A DNA stretch of 33,693 nt from a virus. Its lineage: Duplodnaviria > Caudoviricetes. Numbering within the stretch: the stretch's first letter is position 1; each line of letters starts with the position of its first letter. Made by a program: the position numbers and the translations under genes. Below the pieces are notes generated by a model. That model searched no databases. It worked only from the letters and a program-made list of their open reading frames with translations, and was not told the origin of the DNA. Shown piece by piece: positions 8,413-18,278 of this stretch. The DNA lies in the IMG/VR virus record IMGVR_UViG_3300005805_000261, positions 1 to 33,693 of that record. One strand, 5' to 3'.

Positions 8413-8734
8413 CAATGATGAAATAGAAAAACTTATTTTGGCTGGAGGCTTGCAAGTTGCGGGGGTAGATGAAAATGGTGAACTTCTATATCAATTCACT
8501 CCTAAAATGCAACAAATCAATCAAGACTTATACAAGGATCATCTTAACTTTGTAAACTCTGAGATTATGAAGTTGTGGGAGTCTGGGTTTGTTAATATTG
8601 ACCTGTTTGCACAGGAGCCAATAGTAACCCTAACTAAGAAGGCTTTTGTTCCAGATGCCTTGGCCAAGTTGACTAAGCAGCAGAGATGGTCTTTAGAAGA
8701 GATCAAGAGGCTCTTGAAAAGCCGAGAAGTCTGA
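8402..8734 (+). CDS. Hypothetical protein
   Basis: GGAGG RBS before ATG 8402; overlaps the thioredoxin stop. Confidence 0.7.
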   Translation: MENNNDEIEKLILAGGLQVAGVDENGELLYQFTPKMQQINQDLYKDHLNFVNSEIMKLWESGFVNIDLFAQEPIVTLTKKAFVPDALAKLTKQQRWSLEEIKRLLKSREV

Positions 8735-8746
8735 TATAATCTTGGT

Positions 8747-9991
8747 ATGCCATATCGTGTAGGTGCTAAAGGTTCATACGGTTGCTCAGGCTACCCTGCC
8801 CTTAAAGTGGGCACAAATGAGGTAATGGGGTGCCATGATACAAGAGCACAGGCTGCTGCACAGATTTATGCAATTAATCAAAGCGAAGGCAACATTGGCA
8901 AAAACATGCACGAAATCAAAGAAGGAGATTTTGTCATGGGTGCAACCAGTGAAGGTCTTATTCATGGTGTAGTTGAACACATTATGATTGAAGGCGGAAC
9001 CTTGGGAACTCCTGGATCTAGATATGCACTTGAATCAAAACCACCAGAGAATCCAGCAATGTCTGTTAGAATTTACAAAGAAGAAGATGGTGGTTGGGAA
9101 CCAACTGCTTATAGCATCGGAATGATGTATGCAGATGCACAAAAAATAGATATTGAAACACACAGCATGGACGCAGAAGAAACCATGAAATCTTATCATT
9201 CTGATAATGAAGAAGAAGATAAATGGGACAACATTACTAAGGCATGTTGGGTAGGATATGAACAACAGGGCATGAAAGAAAAAGATGGAAGAATGGTTCC
9301 AAATTGTGTACCAGTTGGAAAGTCAAACAATATAGATAAAGCAAAAGGCATATCTGTTGGAGATCATGTTTTATTTGCTGTTCCAAAACCACCAGATAAA
9401 ACTGAGTCTGCTCATGGACTTGTAGAAAGAGTTGAAAGATCTGGCACTGTAAAAATTCCTGGAACAAATGAAAGTGTTGAAGCATCTGCAGATAATCCTG
9501 TTGCTATTGTAAGAGTATACGCAGTGGATGAAAATGGCAAGATGACTAGAACAGATAGACGTGTTGCAAAACCATTTAGTTCTTTAAGAATTTCTTCTAA
9601 GCCTATTGATAAATCAATGCATGATGATGATGACGAAGATGATGATGATGTAAAAAAAGTGTCTGCAAAAGTAGAATCAAGATTAAGAGAATTAGTTGAA
9701 GATTACAATAAAGGCAAAGAAGGTAACAAAAAAATAAGTGTTGGTACTTTAAGACAAGTATATAATCGTGGCATTGGTGCGTATAGAACTAATCCATCTT
9801 CTGTTCGTGGCAGCGTAGCAAGCGCAGAACAATGGGCTATGGGAAGAGTTAATGCATTCATGGCTGGACTTCGTGGTAGATTCCCAAGAAAGCCATTTGA
9901 TTTAGATTTATTTCCAAGTGGTCATCCAAGATCAACTAAAAAGTTTGAATGGTCTGGATCCTTGTTTGATATTAAAACCTTTAGGAAATAA
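8747..9991 (+). CDS. Multidomain phage protein (two SH3/Tudor-like repeats, CWxGY...MVPNCVP module, DUF5824-like C-terminus); possible head-associated protein
   Basis: GDFV/GDHV repeats; LRQVYNRGIGAY...QWAMGRVNAF motif. Confidence 0.6.
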   Translation: MPYRVGAKGSYGCSGYPALKVGTNEVMGCHDTRAQAAAQIYAINQSEGNIGKNMHEIKEGDFVMGATSEGLIHGVVEHIMIEGGTLGTPGSRYALESKPPENPAMSVRIYKEEDGGWEPTAYSIGMMYADAQKIDIETHSMDAEETMKSYHSDNEEEDKWDNITKACWVGYEQQGMKEKDGRMVPNCVPVGKSNNIDKAKGISVGDHVLFAVPKPPDKTESAHGLVERVERSGTVKIPGTNESVEASADNPVAIVRVYAVDENGKMTRTDRRVAKPFSSLRISSKPIDKSMHDDDDEDDDDVKKVSAKVESRLRELVEDYNKGKEGNKKISVGTLRQVYNRGIGAYRTNPSSVRGSVASAEQWAMGRVNAFMAGLRGRFPRKPFDLDLFPSGHPRSTKKFEWSGSLFDIKTFRK

Positions 9992-9992
9992 A

Positions 9993-10133
9993 ATGTCATC
10001 TGGTTCATACAAAAAACATCATGGCTTTAATCCAGTTCAAATAAAGAATGGAATGATTGTTCGTCTTCGCAAAGATGGAACAATTAAAGCAGTTCTAGGA
10101 AAATACGGAGAGTATAAAAAAAATGTCAAATAA
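9993..10133 (+). CDS. Small basic hypothetical protein
   Basis: AGGA RBS; fills the gap between neighbours. Confidence 0.65.
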   Translation: MSSGSYKKHHGFNPVQIKNGMIVRLRKDGTIKAVLGKYGEYKKNVK

Positions 10134-10524
10134 TATCAAAGTAGTACAGCCTTCAGATATTCATAAAGAAGAAACATATACACCTACATCTGGCATGAAG
10201 TCAGCAGCACGACGTGCTCTTCGCTGGAAAGAAGAAGGTAAAGCAAGAGGAGCAGGAACTCCAGTTGGTTGGGGTCGTGCAACTGATATTGTTGCAGGTA
10301 GGTCAATGTCGCTATCAACAGTTAAAAGAATGTATTCTTTCTTTTCTCGTCATGAAGTTGACAAAAAAGGTAAAGACTTCTATAATACTAGTAACCCTTC
10401 AAATGGTCGTATCATGTGGGATGCATGGGGCGGAGATGCAGGGTTTTCTTGGTCACGAAAAATTGTAGAACGTGAAAAGAATAAAACAAATAAAGCGTGG
10501 GAAGGCAGCGCATTTAGTCGCTAG
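10123..10524 (+). CDS. Conserved phage domain protein (LSTVKRMYSFFSRH...WDAWGGDAG), often associated with head-morphogenesis genes
   Basis: Motif recognition. Confidence 0.6.
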   Translation: MSNNIKVVQPSDIHKEETYTPTSGMKSAARRALRWKEEGKARGAGTPVGWGRATDIVAGRSMSLSTVKRMYSFFSRHEVDKKGKDFYNTSNPSNGRIMWDAWGGDAGFSWSRKIVEREKNKTNKAWEGSAFSR

Positions 10525-10535
10525 GGGGTAGCGAA

Positions 10536-10703
10536 ATGGATGATTTAACCATTGATGAGGTTAAACAATTGGTAAATTTTTATAGACAGAGAGCGTCTGA
10601 TCTAGAGTTTTCAAACTTGCAGTGGCAAATAAGATATAACAAATTGTTAACATCTTCTGCCGAATCTGTTCCAGCAACCAAAGTAATCAAAACCAAACCG
10701 TAA
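10536..10703 (+). CDS. 55-aa coiled-coil hypothetical protein (absent from ORF track)
   Basis: MDDLTIDEVKQLVNFYRQRASDLEFSNLQWQIRYNKLL...; G-rich RBS; fills gap. Confidence 0.7.
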   Translation: MDDLTIDEVKQLVNFYRQRASDLEFSNLQWQIRYNKLLTSSAESVPATKVIKTKP

Positions 10704-10717
10704 TATAGGATAGCATT

Positions 10718-11137
10718 ATGGAATATGCACTCTTCAGTGTATCTATATTGGCATTGTTTATTATTCTTGGGCTATGGATATCTTATAAAATTGTCGTGCC
10801 AAAAAAAGAAATAATAAAATATCGTCAAAGCGATATACATTATTTTTTAAAAGAGTTTTTTTCTAGGGACACAGATACTGCCTCTAAAGTAAGTCAATTA
10901 AGGAAAAGGCAAGAGCAGCGTGGAACAAAAATAATAATCACTGAAGATAGCAAGGCATATTGGGTTATAGATAATATTTTTTATGTCTCAGATGTTGTGG
11001 ACGGTAGACCAGATTTTCATAATGCAACACCAGTAGACACTACAAATATGTCTAAGAATGAACTTGACAAAATGCTTTTTATACTGGATAATTTAGGTAG
11101 AGGTGATAAGAATGAACGTGGTAGTTCAGGGAACTAA
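10718..11137 (+). CDS. Hypothetical protein with N-terminal TM anchor
   Basis: Hydrophobic N-terminus; TAGGAT 6 nt before ATG. Confidence 0.7.
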   Translation: MEYALFSVSILALFIILGLWISYKIVVPKKEIIKYRQSDIHYFLKEFFSRDTDTASKVSQLRKRQEQRGTKIIITEDSKAYWVIDNIFYVSDVVDGRPDFHNATPVDTTNMSKNELDKMLFILDNLGRGDKNERGSSGN

Positions 11138-11462
11138 CGACTTTAACGAGTATCCTATTTTTCTTCGTGCTATGGGCGTAGCAATGTCCAGCATGTCGGA
11201 AGATGATATTGAGTTTAATGTTTATTCTGTTGGTCCAGCAAAAATTAATTCTATGGTTTCTGAATTTTGCAATCTATCAGAGCGTGGTATGAAGGCAAGA
11301 GGAAAAAGAATAAAGTATTACAAAGTTCCATTTTCTTGGGTAGAAGAGAATATGGAATATATGAACTACTTTGCTTTTATGAGTAAGCCAAAACAAGCAG
11401 TATCAAAGTTAATTGCTAATGCACAAATACAAGGAAAAGAAGTTGGGATTTTTAGATACTAA
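11112..11462 (+). CDS. Hypothetical protein, possibly SLOG/YspA-like
   Basis: MNVVVQGTNDFNEY start resembles SLOG N-termini; GAGGTG RBS. Confidence 0.55.
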   Translation: MNVVVQGTNDFNEYPIFLRAMGVAMSSMSEDDIEFNVYSVGPAKINSMVSEFCNLSERGMKARGKRIKYYKVPFSWVEENMEYMNYFAFMSKPKQAVSKLIANAQIQGKEVGIFRY

Positions 11463-12430
11463 TGTATACACAACAATATGAAGCACCAGTGTTTCAGTAC
11501 AACAAACAATATTTTGGTGGTACGGAATACATGGCAAAAAATTTTCACAATCAGGTAATTAGATTTTTACCTAAACTATCAAAGTATAACTGCTTGATAA
11601 TGCCAGGAGAATCAAATAGACCATATCATGAACTAGTATCAGATAGTAAAGATATGATCATATGGCTACATAATCTATTGGATCAATTTGGTCCACAACT
11701 TATGTACATGTTTGGTGATAAAAGATTTGTAGATAAAGTTAAATACTTTGTTGTAGTTTCTGAATATCACAAGAGTATTTTAATAAAAGATAATGGTGTT
11801 GATCCAGATAGGATTGTAGTTATTCATAATGCAATCAATCCAATACAAAATAATACAGATAGATTTAAAGATGTAGACGTTGTAAAATTAATTCATATGT
11901 CTGCGCCAGAGCGTGGTCTTGATATTATAATTAATGCCTTGCCTAAAATCAAAGAAGATTTTAGACTGAATGTGTATAATAATTTTTATCCAGATTTAGT
12001 TAAGTTTGATGCTGCAATGGAACAATTACTTGATGATGATAGAATATATTTTTATGGTAAAACTCCAAGAAGGACTGTATATAAAGATCTTTCAGAGTCA
12101 CACATATTTATAAACCCAAGCATCTGGAAAGAGACATTCTGTTTGGCTCAGGTTGAAGCAATGAGTGCAAATTGCTTAACTGTATACAATAATTATGGAT
12201 CATTACCAGAAGTTGCTTTAGGTTATGGCCTTTCATATACAGCAAAGCATGAAAAGCCAGAAGATCTTGAAAAACATTCTGATATGTTTGCAAAAGAACT
12301 AACTAAAGGTATCAAGATGATTAAAGAAAATAAGTTTGATTGGAAAGATCAATCGGATGCTGTTAATACTAAGTTTTCTTGGGAATCATTTAAACAATCA
12401 TGGATAAACTTTCATGATGAAAAGTTGTAG
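11462..12430 (+). CDS. GT4-family glycosyltransferase
   Basis: GGTE, WLHN, PERGL, ETFCLAQVEAM (E-x7-E). Confidence 0.88.
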   Translation: MYTQQYEAPVFQYNKQYFGGTEYMAKNFHNQVIRFLPKLSKYNCLIMPGESNRPYHELVSDSKDMIIWLHNLLDQFGPQLMYMFGDKRFVDKVKYFVVVSEYHKSILIKDNGVDPDRIVVIHNAINPIQNNTDRFKDVDVVKLIHMSAPERGLDIIINALPKIKEDFRLNVYNNFYPDLVKFDAAMEQLLDDDRIYFYGKTPRRTVYKDLSESHIFINPSIWKETFCLAQVEAMSANCLTVYNNYGSLPEVALGYGLSYTAKHEKPEDLEKHSDMFAKELTKGIKMIKENKFDWKDQSDAVNTKFSWESFKQSWINFHDEKL

Positions 12431-12439
12431 GAGAAAAAA

Positions 12440-12649
12440 ATGAATATAAAAAATCTAAGCCAGATGGAAAAAATAGTTTCTAAAAATAAAAATCTATACT
12501 GGGTTGGTTGGGATGTTGCAGATCGTCGCCGTACAGAGGCTGGCAGAACTGCTATTAACGGTGTTAGAGTAGATGGTCAATGGTACGTCCAGACAATTTA
12601 TCAACTTACTAGCAACGGATGGGAATTACCGAATAAGTATAGGATGTAA
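12440..12649 (+). CDS. Hypothetical protein
   Basis: AGGAG RBS. Confidence 0.7.
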   Translation: MNIKNLSQMEKIVSKNKNLYWVGWDVADRRRTEAGRTAINGVRVDGQWYVQTIYQLTSNGWELPNKYRM

Positions 12650-12651
12650 AC

Positions 12652-12933
12652 ATGAAGCAGCACCTTTGGAAAGATGATGCTTTGTGTCTAGGATCAGATA
12701 CAAATGTTTTTTTCGATACATATGAAGAAAAACCAGAGACAAGAGAGTTTGTTGATTCTCTTTGTCGTACATGTCCAGTAGCCAGAAAATGTTTTGCAGT
12801 TGGAGTTTCGGGTAAAGAGTGGGGCATCTGGGGTGGAGTATTTCTTCAAGATGGCGAAATCTCAAAAGAGTTTAACAATCATAAGACTAAACAAGATTGG
12901 TCTTATACTTGGCAAGCACTAACGATGGGATAG
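12652..12933 (+). CDS. whiB: WhiB-family Fe-S transcription factor
   Basis: ALC...FF...LCRTCPVARKC...GIWGG. Confidence 0.92.
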   Translation: MKQHLWKDDALCLGSDTNVFFDTYEEKPETREFVDSLCRTCPVARKCFAVGVSGKEWGIWGGVFLQDGEISKEFNNHKTKQDWSYTWQALTMG

Positions 12934-12935
12934 TT

Positions 12936-13166
12936 GTGTATACAGATAATATGCGTAGAGCATTTCGTTCTATACCTGCTCCTAAAAACTTTGCTATTTC
13001 TCTTATTGACAATGAGCACTTCCTTACGATAAAATTAGATGAAAGATCTTTCTTGCCATTAACGCATGACGAGAAAATGGAAGCGGTGAAATACGTCACC
13101 CTTGTAAAGAAAGCGTTGGAGATGGAGGGGGCTGTTGTGTTAGTAACACGAGAGCCACTAAAATAA
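12936..13166 (+). CDS. Hypothetical protein
   Basis: GTG start just after the whiB stop; coupled to the next gene. Confidence 0.65.
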   Translation: MYTDNMRRAFRSIPAPKNFAISLIDNEHFLTIKLDERSFLPLTHDEKMEAVKYVTLVKKALEMEGAVVLVTREPLK

Positions 13167-13663
13167 TGCAAACATTTTTACCACATTCAACATATGCAAA
13201 ATGTGCACAGTCACTTGATAATAAAAGATTAAACAAACAGATACTTGAGGGCTATCAAATATTAAATGTAAACTCTGGTATGTCTAAAACTGGTGGCTGG
13301 AAAAATCATCCAGCAGTTTTAATGTGGAGAGGTCATGAGGGTAGTCTGCTTGAATATATAGGCGAGATGATTACAGAAGCAAAAATGCGAGGTATAAATA
13401 CCGAAGGTAACGAAAACAATATCAAAGCCCTAGTAAGCAAAGTAGGATCTAAATGGAACTATGAAGCCCCTACTTGGATGTTTGATAATGTTAAACTAAT
13501 GCGTGTTATTACTACACATAGGTTTAATCTGTTTAGAAAAGATCCATTGTATTATGCTAGGTATCAGAATGCTATGTATAGTCCTTTTAATATGCCCTGC
13601 TGTCCTGATCGTAAAACTCCATGCCAATACTACTGGGTAACTCATGAAAGTAGAGTACAATAG
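13166..13663 (+). CDS. Pyrimidine-dimer DNA glycosylase / endonuclease V-like (MSMEG_6728 type)
   Basis: MQTFLP...LDNKRLNKQILE...GWKNHPAVLMWRGHE. Confidence 0.85.
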   Translation: MQTFLPHSTYAKCAQSLDNKRLNKQILEGYQILNVNSGMSKTGGWKNHPAVLMWRGHEGSLLEYIGEMITEAKMRGINTEGNENNIKALVSKVGSKWNYEAPTWMFDNVKLMRVITTHRFNLFRKDPLYYARYQNAMYSPFNMPCCPDRKTPCQYYWVTHESRVQ

Positions 13664-13680
13664 AGATGGAGGCTAGACAC

Positions 13681-14097
13681 ATGGAAATAGCAGTACTAGT
13701 ATTGAGTATATTATCTCTATCTCTTTTTATGTTATTTATTTCTGTATCAAAAAAACTAAGAGCAGTTAGTGATAGTTTTGCAGAGTTAATTATAAGCAGT
13801 AAATTTAAACAAGATAATCCTTTGCTGTATAAGCAAGAACAAGAAATTCATCAAGAAAACTTTATTAAATTCTTATCAGATTCTCGTGAGTGGGCTTTTT
13901 CATACATTGAAAATGTTCAACAAGGACTAAAGAAATTCATTCAAGAGGTAGAACCACAAATAGAATACTATGACAACTATGGTGCTGCTGTTGAAGGAAT
14001 GATTGCTCCACACGATTTTGCTTTAAAGAAGATATCTACAGAGTTAAAAGAACTTAAAAAACTTTTACCAGAGGATATCAAAGATGATAGACGCTAG
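13681..14097 (+). CDS. Membrane-anchored hypothetical protein
   Basis: GGAGG RBS; N-terminal TM. Confidence 0.7.
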   Translation: MEIAVLVLSILSLSLFMLFISVSKKLRAVSDSFAELIISSKFKQDNPLLYKQEQEIHQENFIKFLSDSREWAFSYIENVQQGLKKFIQEVEPQIEYYDNYGAAVEGMIAPHDFALKKISTELKELKKLLPEDIKDDRR

Positions 14098-14281
14098 GGG
14101 TATCCCTACTTGTACATGTCCAAACTGTGGCGACAGTTTGTTTAGAGCGTTAGTTTCTTTTGATCCAGAAACATACACAATAGGAATGTACCACCTAGAT
14201 ATACAATGCCATTCTTGTGGTGCTCTTGCTACCGCTCCAACTCCCATAGATAACCCAACAAAAGAAAATGATCAGATATAG
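14084..14281 (+). CDS. Zinc-ribbon protein
   Basis: CPNC...CHSC. Confidence 0.7.
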   Translation: MIDARGIPTCTCPNCGDSLFRALVSFDPETYTIGMYHLDIQCHSCGALATAPTPIDNPTKENDQI

Positions 14282-14435
14282 ATTAAAGAGATATGAAGAG
14301 GTTTTAGCATATGACTACTCCGTATGCGAGGTTCAAGATTGCGAAAATAAAAGCGACAGGCTTGCAATGACAGAAACAAGATTTGTTGATTTCTGTAAAC
14401 TACATCACGACGAATATATATCGGAGAATATATGA
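14268..14435 (+). CDS. 55-aa Cys/His protein (absent from ORF track)
   Basis: MIRYRLKRYEEVLAYDYSVCEVQDC...FCKLHH; ATGA overlap with next gene. Confidence 0.65.
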   Translation: MIRYRLKRYEEVLAYDYSVCEVQDCENKSDRLAMTETRFVDFCKLHHDEYISENI

Positions 14436-14590
14436 AAGATATCCTATTTTCAATTTTAACAGGTTTTGGATGTGGCATTGTTTTTGCTGCATTCAAATTG
14501 CCAGTTCCAGCCCCGCCAGTATTTGCTGGTGTAGCAGGAATTATAGGGCTTTGGGCTGGCTATGCTATACTAATAAAAGTCACATCCTAG
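14432..14590 (+). CDS. XapX/DUF1427-family small membrane protein (absent from ORF track)
   Basis: G..FAAFKLPVPAPPVFAGVAGIIGLWAGY signature. Confidence 0.85.
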   Translation: MKDILFSILTGFGCGIVFAAFKLPVPAPPVFAGVAGIIGLWAGYAILIKVTS

Positions 14591-14599
14591 GAGGAAAAG

Positions 14600-14854
14600 A
14601 TGACACAAAAAGAAATCAAGGCAATGCTCGCATCCTATGCACGTTCAGTAGTTGGTGCTGCAGCAGCGCTATATACAGCAGGTGTTACAGATCCAAAAGA
14701 TCTATGGGCAGCACTAGTAGGTGCAATCGTTCCAGTAGCAGCACGTGCAATTAATCCAAACGATCCAGCATTTGGTCGTATGCCAGCAGCGAAGGCTGTT
14801 GAAGAGGCTCTTAGCAAGGCTAAGGCTACAAGAAAAAAGGCTGCAAGTAAGTAA
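14600..14854 (+). CDS. Holin-like small membrane protein
   Basis: ASYARS...DPKDL...PVAARAINPNDPAFG, two short hydrophobic helices, basic tail. Confidence 0.55.
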   Translation: MTQKEIKAMLASYARSVVGAAAALYTAGVTDPKDLWAALVGAIVPVAARAINPNDPAFGRMPAAKAVEEALSKAKATRKKAASK

Positions 14855-14868
14855 CAGTCTTTAGTAAG

Positions 14869-14901
14869 AAACGGGCTTAGAAATAGGCCCGTTTTTTATT
14901 T
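14869..14901. terminator. Bidirectional terminator between convergent gene blocks
   Basis: AAACGGGCTTA-GAAA-TAGGCCCGTTTTTT. Confidence 0.85.
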
Positions 14902-15945
14902 TAACGAATTAAATAGTTCTATGTATTGATCTTTAAGAACTTCGTAAGAAAAAGAACCAATTCCTATATCTAAAGCCTGTTGTTTTAGTTCCATTTGATT
15001 TTTCTTTCTCATACTGACATAGTTATCAACTAGTTTTGCTAATTGTTTGGGATCACCACCATAAACATCAATTACTGATTTTGCTCTAAACTCAGTAATT
15101 TTTTCTGCATCAACTAACCACTCTTGAGGAAGTATTTGATTATTTGGAGATAAATCAGTCATAAATACTGGCAGTCCACTTATTAACGCCTCATTCATTG
15201 GCAAACAAAGTCCAGCATATCTTCTTGGCAGAATCATTGCATCAAAGCCATAATATAAATCTTGTCTATTCTTAATGTTTTGGTGTAATAAAGATACTCT
15301 TGGATCTTTAGGTCTTCCTTCAAACTCTGTCTGAGATGTTATTACTAAGTTATATTCTTCTTTAGAATATTTTAACATTTCAAAAACAGTATCTGTTCCA
15401 TTTCTATCCCGTGCTGCTTTTTTACCAGCCACATGTAAAATACGATTATGCATCTTAGACATGTTTTCATTTCTTGCTCTATCAAATAATTTTACATCTG
15501 TTGGTGGTGGTAAATGAACAAGTCTTGTTTCGTTACCGAACATAGATTGCATCTTATCAAAATTCCATAGACTTGGTGCAACAAAAACATCTGGCAAAGA
15601 TTCACTTCTATTTTCTATATTTACTAAAAACTCATAGTTATATTGCAATACTGTTTTTACTCCGAAGTCTCTAGCAAGATCAACAAACATTGATGAGTAA
15701 AAAGTTTCACAAGATAATACAACATCAAGGTCTTGCAAAAAAGCCAGAATCTCTCCACGCTTTGGAAATCCAAACCGAGTAGCAGTAAAATCATAATCTT
15801 CATACCACTCAAAGTGTTGTTTGTTTTTATTAAAATGTGATGAATCTATAACCAAGATCTTGTTTGGTTTCAACATCTTTACAAGTTCTCTTGTTTGATT
15901 TCCAAGTCCAGTATTATCACATCTTGCAATAATTCCAAGTCTCAT
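14896..15945 (-). CDS. GT4-family glycosyltransferase
   Basis: TGLGNQT, PRRYAGLCLPMNEAL..GLPV. Confidence 0.85.
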   Translation of the reverse strand: MRLGIIARCDNTGLGNQTRELVKMLKPNKILVIDSSHFNKNKQHFEWYEDYDFTATRFGFPKRGEILAFLQDLDVVLSCETFYSSMFVDLARDFGVKTVLQYNYEFLVNIENRSESLPDVFVAPSLWNFDKMQSMFGNETRLVHLPPPTDVKLFDRARNENMSKMHNRILHVAGKKAARDRNGTDTVFEMLKYSKEEYNLVITSQTEFEGRPKDPRVSLLHQNIKNRQDLYYGFDAMILPRRYAGLCLPMNEALISGLPVFMTDLSPNNQILPQEWLVDAEKITEFRAKSVIDVYGGDPKQLAKLVDNYVSMRKKNQMELKQQALDIGIGSFSYEVLKDQYIELFNSLK

Positions 15946-16691
15946 TCTTTATATCCCCAGACTAAATCATCTGTAGTAAATTTTCTTGTACCTTCACGGC
16001 CATCAAGGTGATAAGATCTTTTTATATTATTTTCAGGATGATAGATCCACAACTTGTGCCTGTTCCAACCATCTTCTCCACGAAGTTTGCAATCTTCAAT
16101 AACTACACCATGAAAACCATCTTCAATAAAATTGTTATCCCATGAATTTGGAAGAACTACATTTTTATAATATGAAACACTAGAAAGGTGTGGTCTCTGA
16201 CTCCACTGAGATGTTTTCATAAAACCATTTTCTAAACCAAACATTAAGTGTGCGTGTTCTTTTGGAATTCTAACTTCAAAATGAAACCTAATAGTATTTG
16301 CTTGTTGATACTCAATCATATCTAAACATTTTTGCCAGTCAATATGATCATCTGTTAGAGGCGCATCACCTTCAACATATAGTAGAAGCGGTGTTTTAAT
16401 AAGATTAATTGTTTCCTTCATCATTATTGTTTGATGGCTATGTTTGTAAAATATGATTGGTAAAACATTTTTCCATTCATGTAGACACTTCCACAATATT
16501 CTATTTTTATATTCATCGTAATCTTTTTTACGATCACGCTGTTCTTCTCTCAAACCATCAATCTGCATTATGATTTCATTATCTGGAAAATGTTTTCTTA
16601 TAGCAGCAACAGTTTCATCTATAATTCTTGTATCTGGATGGCTAGGCAAAACCGAGGTAGCCATAATAATTGTTACGTCTCTAAGATGCAT
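15942..16691 (-). CDS. GT-A-fold glycosyltransferase-like protein
   Basis: VTIIMATS..PSHP, LLYVEGD, WSQRPHL; start corrected to ATG 16691. Confidence 0.65.
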   Translation of the reverse strand: MHLRDVTIIMATSVLPSHPDTRIIDETVAAIRKHFPDNEIIMQIDGLREEQRDRKKDYDEYKNRILWKCLHEWKNVLPIIFYKHSHQTIMMKETINLIKTPLLLYVEGDAPLTDDHIDWQKCLDMIEYQQANTIRFHFEVRIPKEHAHLMFGLENGFMKTSQWSQRPHLSSVSYYKNVVLPNSWDNNFIEDGFHGVVIEDCKLRGEDGWNRHKLWIYHPENNIKRSYHLDGREGTRKFTTDDLVWGYKE

Positions 16692-17532
16692 AGTAGTGAT
16701 CCATAATCTTGTTAGCAAAATCTCTTTTATATTTAATCCACCAAGCCACAGCCCTATGCATATTAGCAGGATAATCATTCATTATTTCTTGCATTATTTT
16801 TGGCAACTGCCCCCAGTCATTTGTGAGCGGTACAGGAATAGCCTTGCCATAAACATATTCATAATAATGTGCATCTCTACCACTAGCCTCTTTCAAATCT
16901 CCCACAGGTAGGGCTAACATTTCTAGTGCTTCAAAGAACCTAAAATTATCTATGACTGCCGCTCCAGATGGGGCTGGAACGACCTTAGAGGCTGCCATGG
17001 TTTTGTAGTACTCACTTGGTGGCTCTCCCTGTGCAAAGCCTTCTGTAGGCTTATATACGGCGTTTTTCATTGCAGACATGACCTTGGCTAACTCTTTACG
17101 ACGCTGATGTGTTATTTGTCCTGCAAAAAATATATCTATATTTTTATTTGTATATTCTGGCATATTATTTTTTATATGTGATGCGGCTCCCAGAAAAAAT
17201 CTATTGTAGTTTTCATGCTTTGGGTGTGGTGTTTGTATCCAAATAGATATATTATTATGTTTTATTTTATCTATATCAAACAAAGCACATTCATCACCAG
17301 TCATAAACAAAACAACACGTTTAATTTTTGATAACTCTTTGCCTATTTCTTTTTCTTTGCCAGCATTTCCACCACCAGGAATTACAACAAATGCACGATC
17401 AGTTTCAGGAAGGCTAGAAACAGATATTTGATTTATATTTTTACGTTTAAAGGTTTCATCTAGTAATCCGTAGTCCCACTTACCGTCTGCTGTATCAAGT
17501 GAATTTAATGAAAATATATATGCGTTTATCAT
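16681..17532 (-). CDS. Exostosin/GT47-like glycosyltransferase
   Basis: DIFFAGQITHQRR...Y...M..SKVVPAPSG...FRFFEALE. Confidence 0.7.
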   Translation of the reverse strand: MINAYIFSLNSLDTADGKWDYGLLDETFKRKNINQISVSSLPETDRAFVVIPGGGNAGKEKEIGKELSKIKRVVLFMTGDECALFDIDKIKHNNISIWIQTPHPKHENYNRFFLGAASHIKNNMPEYTNKNIDIFFAGQITHQRRKELAKVMSAMKNAVYKPTEGFAQGEPPSEYYKTMAASKVVPAPSGAAVIDNFRFFEALEMLALPVGDLKEASGRDAHYYEYVYGKAIPVPLTNDWGQLPKIMQEIMNDYPANMHRAVAWWIKYKRDFANKIMDHYYAS

Positions 17533-18278
17533 TTTGTAAAATACCAGTGAGCCTCATGATTTTTTGCTAAAAATTCTCCACGATATCCTAAAGATTCTAA
17601 AAATCCTATTGTTTGTTCTGGAGTAGTGTTGTAGTCACGAATACCAAGATCATCATGAATTGAAACAAATAGTTTTAAATTGTTATTTTTTAAAGTATTT
17701 TCTCCACCTTTAAACACTAACAATTCTGCACCTTCAACATCAATAGTGATTGCATCTGGAACTATTCCAGTTTGAGAAACATATTCATCTATCGTAATCA
17801 TAGGTATTTGTTCAGAATTGTCATGAATATATATGTATTTGTTTCTATCAACTATTGGTCCTAAATATTTTTCACCCCAAGAGTTTAATTCAGAGCCTTT
17901 TCTTATATCTGTTGTTGTATCACTCATTAATCCAGCATAACAACCACGAGGATCTACGCTAAATCTTTTATACCAAAGCGCATGTATGTTTGGCCAAAAT
18001 TCTGGAGTAGGTTCAATTAAAACCATGTTTTCTGGTCCAACTATTTCAGCATAAACTAAATTACACCAACCAGACTCTGTACCAATATCAAAAAGAACAT
18101 CACCTTTGTTGAGGTGTTGTTTCATACTTTCAATTCTCTCTCGTTCCCAATAATCCCAAACATCCCAACTTGCTAACGGTTCATTAAGTGTGAGTGTATA
18201 GTCGTAGTTAAAGGTTTCGCCTTGACGCAGATAACCAACTTCTTTCCAATCAATATCACTTCTTTCTATAAACATCAT
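17529..18278 (-). CDS. FkbM-family methyltransferase
   Basis: LFDIG...IEP...IDVEGAELLVFKG. Confidence 0.88.
   Translation of the reverse strand: MMFIERSDIDWKEVGYLRQGETFNYDYTLTLNEPLASWDVWDYWERERIESMKQHLNKGDVLFDIGTESGWCNLVYAEIVGPENMVLIEPTPEFWPNIHALWYKRFSVDPRGCYAGLMSDTTTDIRKGSELNSWGEKYLGPIVDRNKYIYIHDNSEQIPMITIDEYVSQTGIVPDAITIDVEGAELLVFKGGENTLKNNNLKLFVSIHDDLGIRDYNTTPEQTIGFLESLGYRGEFLAKNHEAHWYFTK

Noticed and set aside
9622-9649. (GAT)n microsatellite as a contingency locus
   Set aside because: Encodes an in-frame poly-Asp linker and is interrupted; a triplet repeat cannot shift the frame
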